Shown here: positions 20,802 to 29,721 of the stretch, one piece after another
How positions within the stretch are numbered: position 1 is the first letter of the stretch
Layout of the letters: the number at the start of each line of letters is the position of its first letter
Origin: a virus
Taxonomy: Duplodnaviria > Caudoviricetes
IMG/VR virus record: IMGVR_UViG_3300046786_001136
Span: 1-38,200 of that record
Length of the DNA: 38,200 nt
Reading direction: 5' to 3' (one strand)
Notes under the pieces: generated by a model
Database searches by the model: none
What the model saw: only the letters and a program-made list of their open reading frames with translations
What the model was told of the DNA's origin: nothing
Program-made: the position numbers and the translations under genes

Positions 20802-21962
20802 ATGTCAGTAAACGTTTTAGAATATAATGAATTTGCAGGGGAAGTTAATACTCTGCGAAATACGACACTACCTGCTGCTAAAACCTGTTATGGTACCAAA
20901 GGAAATACTGAAGGTTCTGCTTGCGGAACCGCCATAAGTTTAACCAATAGTTGTAAACAAGCTAATTACGGAATCCGCTTAACCTGTGACCTACAGGTTA
21001 AGCCTTGGGATTGCAGAACTTGGGCAGCTATTCCTTCACTAAATACAGTTGATGGATCAATTAAGGTATGTGATATAAGTGCTTCTGCCTGTGCTAATCA
21101 ATTACGTTGTGGAGCTAGCTGTACTTGGGTAGTGCCCGCTGGTGTAACAACAGCACGATTCCAAGTCTGGGGTGCCGGAGCAGGCTCGCACAATATGTGT
21201 TGCTGCGGTGGCGGTATGTGGGGCGGTAGCGGAGCTTATGCTTCCGTTATTTTACCAGTAACTCCAGGCACATCATATACTACTTGCGCAGGGTGTGCAT
21301 ACTGTTGCTTTATGCAAGGTGCTGGTGCAACAGCTGGAGCAGGGGCTACAAGCTGGGTTCAAGGTCCTGGTTTATGTAACTTCTGTGCAGATGGTGGTGA
21401 ACCGAACATGTACTGTATGTTAGTGCGTCACTATGATGGTGCTGGTGGTTACTGCGTTTTAATGAATCCATGGAGTGCGGACGATAAAGCTGCTCGTGGA
21501 GTAGTATACGGCTGGTGTATGTGTGATGGTGGTGGATGGTGCTGGAGCAATACATGTTCTGGTCGCAATAGTTTACCATTTATAACAAGTTGCAAAACTT
21601 GGTATGGTTGCCTTACAGCTCCTACTAAGGGCTGTCACTTTGTAATTGGCGCTCCTGGCATGTTTAACTCTGTTAATATGGGCGGTGGCGGTGATGGAGA
21701 TAGCGTTCCAAACGGTCAACAAAACGAAGTTTGCCTGTGTTTAATACATCCACCAGTAGTTAACTTAACATGTGACTGCTACGGACACAGAATTAATGCA
21801 TCAAGTACTTGTAATGCAAGTTGCCATGGCTTTGTGCATTGTGGATGTTTCCCATTCCCAAGTCGCGGCGGATATCCAAGCTCTACGGCTGGTGGATGTG
21901 ATAACTGTGGCGGTGGATGGGGTGCTGCAGGCATGGTATGTATACAGTGGAATAAGGAATAA
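20802..21962 (+). CDS. Cys-rich glycine-rich-domain protein A (putative distal fibre adhesin)
   Basis: 38 Cys in 386 aa by manual count. Frame TWVVPAGV..ARFQVWGAG..CCCGG..GAYAS...PVTPG and C-terminal GG.G..GMVCI.W match the phage glycine-rich domain. No signal peptide. Confidence 0.65.
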   Translation: MSVNVLEYNEFAGEVNTLRNTTLPAAKTCYGTKGNTEGSACGTAISLTNSCKQANYGIRLTCDLQVKPWDCRTWAAIPSLNTVDGSIKVCDISASACANQLRCGASCTWVVPAGVTTARFQVWGAGAGSHNMCCCGGGMWGGSGAYASVILPVTPGTSYTTCAGCAYCCFMQGAGATAGAGATSWVQGPGLCNFCADGGEPNMYCMLVRHYDGAGGYCVLMNPWSADDKAARGVVYGWCMCDGGGWCWSNTCSGRNSLPFITSCKTWYGCLTAPTKGCHFVIGAPGMFNSVNMGGGGDGDSVPNGQQNEVCLCLIHPPVVNLTCDCYGHRINASSTCNASCHGFVHCGCFPFPSRGGYPSSTAGGCDNCGGGWGAAGMVCIQWNKE

Positions 21963-21966
21963 TTTT

Positions 21967-22599
21967 ATGGAAAAAACTTTTAATAAAGCTGTGCCAGATG
22001 AGCTGTATATTGACTCTTTTGCACAAAACAAAACAGAAACCTATACTTATACAGGCCCCGAAACTGTTAAAGTTATAGTAGATCGTATCTATGGAGGAGT
22101 ACAACATGTACTCCTTCCTGGTGAATTAGATACACATAATCAAGAACTAAGTACAGTAATTGTAGTAGATGCTGAAACAGCAACAGATGTTGCATATTTT
22201 TTAACAAATACAGCTACTGGAGCACGTGAGTTTGAAACAGAAAATTTACCTGGTGACTATACTTACCAAAAGTTATCTAATCCAACAATTCGTGATTACT
22301 ACAAAGTAAACTATGATTTTGAAACTAGTACCTGGAAATGGGCACTGATTACACGGTTAGCAAAAACACCTTTAAATGATTTAGCAGATAAATATAAACA
22401 ATATATTGAAGACAACAAATCTAAAGTAAGCTCTAGTGCTGAATTAACAGCATTAGCAAATACATACCTACAACAGTTAAATGATTTTAATACTACAGGT
22501 ATTGGCAGCATACCTTCATGGAAATTTATAGAAATATCCTTAGCAGATGTGCCAACACCTCCATCACAATTAGTAGTAGCATTTAATGTACTACCATAA
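21967..22599 (+). CDS. Hypothetical protein, possible fibre assembly chaperone (start revised to 21967)
   Basis: ATG at 21967 follows an AAGGA RBS and avoids a 190-nt overlap. The resulting 210-aa acidic, Cys-free protein sits between the two Cys-rich paralogs. Confidence 0.6.
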   Translation: MEKTFNKAVPDELYIDSFAQNKTETYTYTGPETVKVIVDRIYGGVQHVLLPGELDTHNQELSTVIVVDAETATDVAYFLTNTATGAREFETENLPGDYTYQKLSNPTIRDYYKVNYDFETSTWKWALITRLAKTPLNDLADKYKQYIEDNKSKVSSSAELTALANTYLQQLNDFNTTGIGSIPSWKFIEISLADVPTPPSQLVVAFNVLP

Positions 22600-22614
22600 T
22601 CAAGGAGTACATTA

Positions 22615-23802
22615 ATGGATATTTTAGTATATGCTGCTAAAAAGAACATCAATGATTTAAATACTTGTATTAACACTTATGTTCCTACAACTTTTTATCA
22701 AGGATGTTTTGATGCAGCTAAAACATCGGCTAATGATGGAACCTTATGGACCGCCAATAGCGGTCTGTATTCAAACTATCAAAAACAAGGCGGTTCAGCA
22801 TGTATTTGGTCTAGACCTTGGTGTACAGGTACTTGGACAAGCATACCAACACTTCCAGGAGGTACAACTTGTACAGCAGGTACTAATCCAGCTACTAGTG
22901 CAGAATACTTAGGACTTAAAGTTTGCAGTACTAATCTTTATGGAAGTACTCCAGTTTGTACTTGGACTGTTCCAGCTGGAGCAAGCATTGCACGATTCCA
23001 AGTCTGGGGTGCCGGTGGACGTAGTGGTAGTGGATGTTGCTGTGGAGGTTCTACTTGGGGCCAAAATGGTGCCTATGCTTCTATAATTATACCGGTAACT
23101 CCTGGTTGTCAGTATACACTTACAGCTGCTTGTGCTTGTACTACTCCAGTATGTTGGGGTCAAAATTACGGAGGTAGATCAGATGCTTCTTCTGTAACAG
23201 GATATGGATTGTGTAATTTCTGTGCTATGAGCGGTACTGATGCAAATCATTGGTGCTTTATGACCTATGATATGGGTATTACTCAACGTTTTAGCGGTTG
23301 CTGCCGCTGGTCAGTAGGAGATTGTTGGTCAGCAGGTGCCTGTATTTGTAATGGACAAAGTGACTTCTGTCACCAAAGTTGCAGTACTTGCGGCTGTATT
23401 AATCGTAGTTGCAGTAATACAACTAAGTATTATGGCTGCAGTACTTTACCGTTTGTTGGTAGTGCAGAAAAACTCTATGGTTCACAAGTAGCGGGTATCG
23501 TTGGATTAAATGGCGGTATGTGCTTTAATACTAGTTTCTACGGTTGTGGAATAGCTGCCCCCGTATATGGATTCCATTGCACTAGTGGTGGCGGAGAACT
23601 AGTAGCATTTCAAAATGGTAATACTTGTGGCGGATTGTTATGTAACCATGCTTCAACATCTTTCCGTAGGTATCCTGGAGCTGGAGGTACATTAGTAGCT
23701 TTATTTGGCGGATGTACTCTTACGTGTGATCCTGCTGGCTGTATTACTGCCTGTGGCGGAGATATTGGTCGAAACGGTATGGTTTGCGTAACTTACGCTT
23801 AA
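22615..23802 (+). CDS. Cys-rich glycine-rich-domain protein B (paralog of A)
   Basis: 38 Cys in 395 aa by manual count. Shares CTW.VPAG...ARFQVWGAG, CCCGG, GAYAS.I.PVTPG, GLCNFCA and GMVC with protein A. RBS AAGGAG. Confidence 0.65.
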   Translation: MDILVYAAKKNINDLNTCINTYVPTTFYQGCFDAAKTSANDGTLWTANSGLYSNYQKQGGSACIWSRPWCTGTWTSIPTLPGGTTCTAGTNPATSAEYLGLKVCSTNLYGSTPVCTWTVPAGASIARFQVWGAGGRSGSGCCCGGSTWGQNGAYASIIIPVTPGCQYTLTAACACTTPVCWGQNYGGRSDASSVTGYGLCNFCAMSGTDANHWCFMTYDMGITQRFSGCCRWSVGDCWSAGACICNGQSDFCHQSCSTCGCINRSCSNTTKYYGCSTLPFVGSAEKLYGSQVAGIVGLNGGMCFNTSFYGCGIAAPVYGFHCTSGGGELVAFQNGNTCGGLLCNHASTSFRRYPGAGGTLVALFGGCTLTCDPAGCITACGGDIGRNGMVCVTYA

Positions 23803-23815
23803 ACTGTAGTTCAAT

Positions 23816-23849
23816 TATAAGTTTGGGGATTGATCTCCCCAAACTTATA
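23816..23849. terminator. 14-bp perfect hairpin (possible weak terminator or processing/stability element)
   Basis: TATAAGTTTGGGGA-TTGATC-TCCCCAAACTTATA, followed by TCTTGATTTTT rather than a clean U-run. Confidence 0.6.
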
Positions 23850-23879
23850 TCTTGATTTTTAAATTTAAATAATAATAAT

Positions 23880-24905
23880 ATGAAAAAAGCCTTTTTTATT
23901 AACGGTGGTATTGGCAGAGTGTTGTGTGCTATACCTGCATTAGAGCACTATGTGACTAATGTCGATCCTGAAGCCGTTATTGTAGTAGAAGCATGGATGG
24001 AACTATTTTTAACTAGTCCAGCCTTAAAAAATAATGTATATCAAATAGGTCAAAAAGACCTATTTAGAGATAAACTGTTAGATAGGGAACTTGTAAGCCC
24101 AGAACCTTATAGACTTAACGCATACTTTAATCAAAAAGCTAATTTAATTCAGGCTTTTGATATGCTTATTAATGATCTTAAAGAAGTACCGGAAACTAAA
24201 CCTATCAAGACTTCGTTGGGCAAAGCGGACCAAGTATTTGGTCATAATATGTTAGCGCAAGCTAGACAGAACTTGCAACGAGAAAAGATTGTAGTATTTC
24301 AGCCTTTTGGTAGTGGTGCGCGACAAGACGGTAATTTTATAATCGATGAAAGTGGTCGTAGTTTTGAATTAAAAGATATTTATAAAATATTAGAAGAACT
24401 TGGTAAACATTATGGAATTATCCTAATGAGCCATATAACTCTTCCTCAAAATAAAACACTTCCAGTTATTGCTCCAGAAAGCGTAAGTACTTTACAGTGG
24501 CTAGGCATTATAAATGCTAGCGATTATTTTTTAGGGTGTGATAGTGTTGGGCAACATTTTGCTCATGCACTTAACAAACCTGCAACCGTTGTTATTGGGT
24601 CAACTTTTCCAGAAAACATTAGTTACCCAAGCAATAAGCAATTTACTATTATTGATAATGGTAAAGAAAATCGTCAATATTCACCAATTAGGATTACAAC
24701 TGATCCATTTATTGATAGGGCAAATGAAGATTTAATGATTTTATCTGATAAAAATTTGGAAAAAGTTATTAAAAGTGTTACAGATAAGTTAGGTAAAACA
24801 AAACAAAAAGAGTATAAAATACCTAATTTAAATGATACTCACGTACATACTGCTAGTTGTGAGCATAATCAACCACCTTTTGCAAAGAAACAAAATTTAA
24901 TTTAA
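23880..24905 (+). CDS. GT9-like (heptosyltransferase-family) glycosyltransferase
   Basis: N-terminal GGIGRVLCAIPAL (compare GT9 GIGD....P), central VVFQPFGS and C-terminal FLGCDSVGQHFAHALNKPATVVIGST (compare GxDSGxxHxAxAxxxP). Confidence 0.75.
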   Translation: MKKAFFINGGIGRVLCAIPALEHYVTNVDPEAVIVVEAWMELFLTSPALKNNVYQIGQKDLFRDKLLDRELVSPEPYRLNAYFNQKANLIQAFDMLINDLKEVPETKPIKTSLGKADQVFGHNMLAQARQNLQREKIVVFQPFGSGARQDGNFIIDESGRSFELKDIYKILEELGKHYGIILMSHITLPQNKTLPVIAPESVSTLQWLGIINASDYFLGCDSVGQHFAHALNKPATVVIGSTFPENISYPSNKQFTIIDNGKENRQYSPIRITTDPFIDRANEDLMILSDKNLEKVIKSVTDKLGKTKQKEYKIPNLNDTHVHTASCEHNQPPFAKKQNLI

Positions 24906-24906
24906 T

Positions 24907-26697
24907 ATGAAAAAAACAAGATATATCTTAGGAATCAGTCGTGGACATAATGCAGGCGTATGTTTGCTAAAAGACGGAGAGATTGTATTTGCAATTGAAG
25001 AGGAACGATTAAGTCGCACTAAATATGATGGTGGCCCTTATGCGGCTATGGTTAAAGTACTTGAGTACACAGACAAAATTGACTTTTTGGTTATTTCACA
25101 TACGCAATCATTGGATGAAACGGCTGGTCGAGTAGATTTTACAGGAGACGATGTATATACAGGTTTAGCTCGTAAATTGGGTTTAATATCTCGCAAAGAA
25201 GACCCCCGCAATCACCCACAAGTTGTTGATTTAAGTCACCTACATCATAAAATTCATGCAGCTGCAGCGTTTTATCGCAGTGGTTTTGAAGAAGCAGTAG
25301 CAGTTGTTGTAGACGGTGCTGGAAGTTCTATTGATGGCAACTTTAAAGGTGAAGCATTAAAACTATGGGAAGTAGAGTCTGTTTTTGACTGTGCATACCC
25401 CAATATGTTAAAAACAGTATATAAACATTATGGATGCAGATCACCTATTCCATCCCACTTTAATCCAGAAGACTCTAGTGAACGATTTGGCGAACCAGGC
25501 ACACACGCTACTTTAGTTACCGGTCATGCAGGCATTACAAAAACTTATGAAGCTGTAACCGAATACTGCGGATTTTCAGCAATTGAAGCTGGTAAAACTA
25601 TGGGATTGTTTCCTTATGGTAAGCCCAACGATAATATTCCTCCACTATTTAAGAAAATGTCAGGAATTAATTTATCCGACCGTAATTTTATTGTACCTAC
25701 GTATCCTAATAGTGCAGTTGTTAATGTTGGATTAGTTGAAGAGTTGCAGGAAAGCAATGCAGAAGATGTAACTTTATTGCAGAATAGACGAGACTTAGCC
25801 TATGCTTGTCAAACACAAACACAGCAACAAGTATTAGAGTTAATTATTAAAGCCTCAGAATTAACAGGTAAAAAGAAAGTAGCACTTAGTGGTGGATACG
25901 CATTAAACTGTGTAGCAAACTACTTTTACTTAACTGAGTTAAATAAACATGGGATTGAGCTTTATGTAGAGCCTGTTTCAAATGATGGTGGTACTGCTAT
26001 TGGAGTAGCCCTTTTATTCTATCATGGCACAGAAGGCAGCACAAAGAAACATCCACGAGAGATTTACTTAGGACCCGTAATTAAGTATACTGAACAAGAA
26101 ATCCAAAACTTGGCAGATCAGTACCAAGCTGAAGTTACCACAGCAAGCAAAGAAGACATTGTTGATTTAATGACTTCTAAAAATATTGTTGCAATGTTTC
26201 AAGGCCGAAGCGAAAACGGACCACGTGCACTAGGTAATCGAAGTTTAATGTTTGACCCTACTTTTGTAGACGGCAAAGACTTTGTAAATGAAATTAAGCA
26301 TCGCGAATATTTCAGGCCTTTTGCAGGTTCTATTTTAGAAGATGATGTGCATGAATGGTTTGACTTGCGTGGAATGAAAAACAGTCCACATATGATGTAT
26401 GCTGTAAATTGTCAACCAGGTGTTGAACATAAAATCCCCGCTATTATTCATGTAGACGGAACTTGTCGTATTCAGACTGTTAATCAAGAAGAAAATCCAC
26501 ACTACTACGAAGTAATTAAAGCTTTTAAAGAAAAAACAGGCGTACCTATTATCTTTAATACTAGCTTTAACCTAGGTGGAGAACCTTTGGTAGAGACTCT
26601 TGACGATGCACTGTGGACCTTAAGTAAAACTGGTATTGACTATTTGTACTTACCAGAGTATAATAAGCTAATTACTGTAAAAATTAAACAACAATGA
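24907..26697 (+). CDS. O-carbamoyltransferase, NodU/CmcH/TobZ family
   Basis: HNAG..., EEERLSRTK, HHKIHAAAAF, VVDGAG, GKTMGL, SGGYALNC, NDGGTAIG, GPRALGNRS, KHREYFRPFA, HVDGTCRIQTV, NTSFN..GEP. Confidence 0.95.
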   Translation: MKKTRYILGISRGHNAGVCLLKDGEIVFAIEEERLSRTKYDGGPYAAMVKVLEYTDKIDFLVISHTQSLDETAGRVDFTGDDVYTGLARKLGLISRKEDPRNHPQVVDLSHLHHKIHAAAAFYRSGFEEAVAVVVDGAGSSIDGNFKGEALKLWEVESVFDCAYPNMLKTVYKHYGCRSPIPSHFNPEDSSERFGEPGTHATLVTGHAGITKTYEAVTEYCGFSAIEAGKTMGLFPYGKPNDNIPPLFKKMSGINLSDRNFIVPTYPNSAVVNVGLVEELQESNAEDVTLLQNRRDLAYACQTQTQQQVLELIIKASELTGKKKVALSGGYALNCVANYFYLTELNKHGIELYVEPVSNDGGTAIGVALLFYHGTEGSTKKHPREIYLGPVIKYTEQEIQNLADQYQAEVTTASKEDIVDLMTSKNIVAMFQGRSENGPRALGNRSLMFDPTFVDGKDFVNEIKHREYFRPFAGSILEDDVHEWFDLRGMKNSPHMMYAVNCQPGVEHKIPAIIHVDGTCRIQTVNQEENPHYYEVIKAFKEKTGVPIIFNTSFNLGGEPLVETLDDALWTLSKTGIDYLYLPEYNKLITVKIKQQ

Positions 26698-27104
26698 AAA
26701 TCTTTGTAAACGGCACTTTTGACGTCTTACATCCAGGCCACCTAGACTTGCTTAATTATGCAAAAAGTCTAGGTGACTTTTTACTGGTAGCAATAGATTC
26801 GGATGAACGAGTCGCCAGCAAAAAGGGATTGGACAGACCGCTAAACCCACAATATAATCGAATGAAATTATTACAAAACCTAAAAGCGGTTGATGAAGTA
26901 GTAATTTTTGATAACGATACTGAACTAGCACAAACAGTAAAAATACTAAGGCCTGACATAATGGTTGTTGGGTCAGACTACCAAGATAAAACCGTAATCG
27001 GTTCGGAATATGCTAAACAACTTAGATTCTATACTAGATCAACACCTCACTCAAGTACCCAAGTATTGGAAAATTTTATTGCTAGGCGACACTTGCACAG
27101 ATAA
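26694..27104 (+). CDS. hldC: Cytidylyltransferase-family nucleotidyltransferase (RfaE/HldE domain II-like, heptose-1-P adenylyltransferase)
   Basis: NGTFDVLHPGH (HxGH motif), DSD..V...KG..RP, VDEV, PD..V.GSDY and C-terminal SST. Confidence 0.8.
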   Translation: MKIFVNGTFDVLHPGHLDLLNYAKSLGDFLLVAIDSDERVASKKGLDRPLNPQYNRMKLLQNLKAVDEVVIFDNDTELAQTVKILRPDIMVVGSDYQDKTVIGSEYAKQLRFYTRSTPHSSTQVLENFIARRHLHR

Positions 27105-27795
27105 ATATGTATACGGTACTATTGACCGTTTAAGTCCAGAAGCGCCAGTGCCTGTTTTTGTACCTAAGTACGAAGAAAATCGTCGTGGTATGGCAGGAAA
27201 CGTAGAAGAAAATTTAAAAGCTTTTGGTTGCGATGTTAGCCTGTTAACTTTAGAAGGCGGTACAAAAACTCGGTTTATAGATGAACGCAGTAATCAGCAC
27301 ATTATGCGTTTAGATCAGGATGCCAAAGGCGGTCCGATAGAGCTTGCAGTTACTATACCTCCTATCTATGACGCCATAGTAATATCAGATTACAACAAAG
27401 GTTGTATTAGTTACGAATTAGTAGAACAAGTACTACAACAATTTAATGGCCCTGTGTTTATTGATACAAAGAAAACAGATCTTGCTAGATTTGAAGGTGC
27501 TTTTGTAAAAATCAATAGCTTAGAAAATTCATTGGCTAAAACACTGCCTTCGCAAACTATAGTTACACTAGGTAAGCAAGGTTGCGAGTACGCAGGCCAA
27601 ACATATCCAGCACCACAGGTAGAGGTAGCAGATGTGTGCGGAGCAGGAGATACATTTTTAGCTGCGCTAGTCTACAGCTTTTTAGAAACAAATAGTATTC
27701 CAGAAGCACTTGTATTTGCTAATCGTGCTGCTGCGGTAACAGTAAAACATATTGGTGTGTATGCACCTACATTGAAAGAAATAAATGAGGCTTGA
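27010..27795 (+). CDS. hldA: PfkB-family sugar kinase (RfaE/HldE domain I-like, heptose-7-P kinase)
   Basis: GD...D.Y.YG...RLSPEAPVPV, GMAGNV..N, TKTRF, ISDYNKG and DVCGAGDTF. The start codon is uncertain because of a 95-nt overlap. Confidence 0.85.
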   Translation: MLNNLDSILDQHLTQVPKYWKILLLGDTCTDKYVYGTIDRLSPEAPVPVFVPKYEENRRGMAGNVEENLKAFGCDVSLLTLEGGTKTRFIDERSNQHIMRLDQDAKGGPIELAVTIPPIYDAIVISDYNKGCISYELVEQVLQQFNGPVFIDTKKTDLARFEGAFVKINSLENSLAKTLPSQTIVTLGKQGCEYAGQTYPAPQVEVADVCGAGDTFLAALVYSFLETNSIPEALVFANRAAAVTVKHIGVYAPTLKEINEA

Positions 27796-28141
27796 AGGTT
27801 TTGTAGAAAAAGGCTGGGGTTCAGAAAATATTTGGGCTACCAATGACAAGTATTGTGGTAAGTTACTACAGTTTAATACTGGTTCAAAATTTTCTATGCA
27901 TTTTCATGCTCGCAAAGACGAAACTTGGTATGTACTTAGTGGCAAGTTTGTTGTAAAGTATATTGAGACGCATAACGCTGAAGTATACGAAAAGACACTG
28001 ACAGTTGGTGATGTATGGCATAACCCTCCATTGTTACCACATCAACTAATCTGTGTAGAGGCTGGCACTATTATTGAAGTATCAACACCTGATTCAGTAG
28101 AAGACAACTATCGAGTTGGCAAAGGCGATAGTCAGCAATGA
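27785..28141 (+). CDS. Cupin-fold protein (sugar-phosphate isomerase-like)
   Basis: KGWG.E, SMHFH..KDETWYVLSG, PHQL and EVST form a cupin metal-binding H-x-H...E...H motif. Confidence 0.8.
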   Translation: MRLEGFVEKGWGSENIWATNDKYCGKLLQFNTGSKFSMHFHARKDETWYVLSGKFVVKYIETHNAEVYEKTLTVGDVWHNPPLLPHQLICVEAGTIIEVSTPDSVEDNYRVGKGDSQQ

Positions 28142-28431
28142 AATATATTGTAGACATAGATGGTACAATATGTACTAATACTAATGGCGACTACCCAAAC
28201 GCAGAGCCTTATTTATATCGTATAAAGCATTTTAATAATCTTTATGATGCTGGTAACGAAATTCACTATTGGACAGCTCGCGGTAGTAATAGTGGCAAAG
28301 ACTGGTTAGAACTCACACTCAAACAGTTAAATGACTGGGGTGTTAAATATACCACTGCTCAAACAGGTAAACCAGCATACGACATTTGGATAGACGACAA
28401 AGCCTTTAACGTAGGCACATACTTTGAATGA
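28138..28431 (+). CDS. Small capless HAD-superfamily phosphatase
   Basis: DIDGTIC (motif I), WTARG (II), GKP (III) and IDDKA (IV). Confidence 0.85.
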   Translation: MKYIVDIDGTICTNTNGDYPNAEPYLYRIKHFNNLYDAGNEIHYWTARGSNSGKDWLELTLKQLNDWGVKYTTAQTGKPAYDIWIDDKAFNVGTYFE

Positions 28432-29213
28432 AAATTTTATTAACAGGACATAAAGGCTTTATTGGACAGAATATGTTACAAGCCTTGCAAAATACTAACC
28501 ATGAGATTAGTACTTTTGAGTGGGAAGATGGAAACATGCCCAGTATTATGGAACAAGAGTGGGTTATTCACATTGGCGCAATCAGCTCAACCACAGAGCG
28601 TGACGTTGATAAGGTTATGCGTCAAAACTATGATTTTAGCCGACAGGTATTTAATGCTTGCAAAACATATGGTGTAAACTTACAGTACTCTAGTTCAGCA
28701 AGTGTATATGGTCTAGGAACAGATTTTTGTGAAACTGCTCCAGTAGATCCACGAAATGCTTATGCTTGGTCAAAGTATTTGTTTGAACGCTATCATCAAC
28801 AGCATCAAGGCGGCAACGTAGTACAAGGCTTTCGCTACTTTAATGTGTACGGTCCAGGTGAGGATCATAAAGGTTCACAAGCTAGTCCTTACCATCAGTT
28901 TGGTAAGCAGGCTCGCGAAACCAACAAGATCAAGGTATTTGAAAACAGCGAACAGTATTTACGAGATTTTGTACCAGTTGAGCAAGTAGTTGCTACTCAT
29001 CTGGCTTTTTTAAACAGTCAAGAATCAGGCATATTTAACGTTGGTACCGGCACTACTAAAAGCTTTTTAGAAGTTGCTGAAAGTTTTGGAGTTCCCATTG
29101 AAACAATACCAATGCCTGAGCAGTTAACCGCAAGTTATCAAAAGTATACTTGTGCTGATATGACAAAAACAAACAAAGTTTATGACCACTTTAAAAGAAT
29201 TAACACACGATAA
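28428..29213 (+). CDS. rfaD: ADP-L-glycero-D-manno-heptose 6-epimerase-like extended SDR
   Basis: TGHKGFIG, HIGAISSTTE, YSSSASVYG, YAWSK (YxxxK), FRYFNVYGPGEDHKGSQAS, RDFV, YQKYTCAD. Confidence 0.88.
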   Translation: MKILLTGHKGFIGQNMLQALQNTNHEISTFEWEDGNMPSIMEQEWVIHIGAISSTTERDVDKVMRQNYDFSRQVFNACKTYGVNLQYSSSASVYGLGTDFCETAPVDPRNAYAWSKYLFERYHQQHQGGNVVQGFRYFNVYGPGEDHKGSQASPYHQFGKQARETNKIKVFENSEQYLRDFVPVEQVVATHLAFLNSQESGIFNVGTGTTKSFLEVAESFGVPIETIPMPEQLTASYQKYTCADMTKTNKVYDHFKRINTR

Positions 29214-29721
29214 CCACGTGCTTGCAGAAGCTCATCCTTTTACCAAGCTGTTATTAAGTGGTAAGATTTCTGAAGCTATATATGCTGATTTTTTATACAA
29301 TCAGCAAGCGATTTATTATTCCCTTGAAGCAGCGGCTAAAAGAAAAGGCCTTTTAGACGGCTTAGATGGAATAGAGCGAACCCTGAAAATCGGCGATGAT
29401 TTTGATAATTTACCAAAGTGTAAAACAAACTTGTACCCTAGTACAATAAAATATATCAACTACATCATCAATCGAAATTTAAGTGCAGATCAAATCTTGG
29501 CTCACTTATATGTTCGTCATATGGGCGACTTATACGGCGGTCAAATGATTAAACGAGTTGTTCCTGGTGATGCCACTATGTACGACTTTGATAACCGCAG
29601 TGAGTTGATTGCTGCCCTACGACAAAAATTAAACGTATCAATGGCGGCAGAGGCAAATGAATGTTTTGCTTTTGCTATAGAACTATTTACTGAGTTAGCC
29701 AATGAGTACAATATTCAATAA
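29182..29721 (+). CDS. hemO: Heme oxygenase
   Basis: LKELT...H..AE (proximal His), AHLYVRHMGDLYGGQMI distal helix and EAN..F.....LF. Confidence 0.92.
   Translation: MTTLKELTHDNHVLAEAHPFTKLLLSGKISEAIYADFLYNQQAIYYSLEAAAKRKGLLDGLDGIERTLKIGDDFDNLPKCKTNLYPSTIKYINYIINRNLSADQILAHLYVRHMGDLYGGQMIKRVVPGDATMYDFDNRSELIAALRQKLNVSMAAEANECFAFAIELFTELANEYNIQ

Noticed and set aside
21772-21966. Longer N-terminus for the gene ending at 22599 (likewise the 35084 and 36935 starts)
   Set aside because: These extensions overlap upstream genes or a promoter, while the downstream ATGs have good RBS and coupling.
20802-23802. Diversity-generating retroelement template/variable repeat pair
   Set aside because: No reverse transcriptase in the window and no ~100-bp repeat differing only at adenines; only a 26-bp identity.
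27070-27080. A-AAT-TTT slippery heptamer near the end of hldC as a -1 frameshift fusing it to the kinase
   Set aside because: The kinase is in the +1 frame relative to hldC, so a -1 shift would not reach it.
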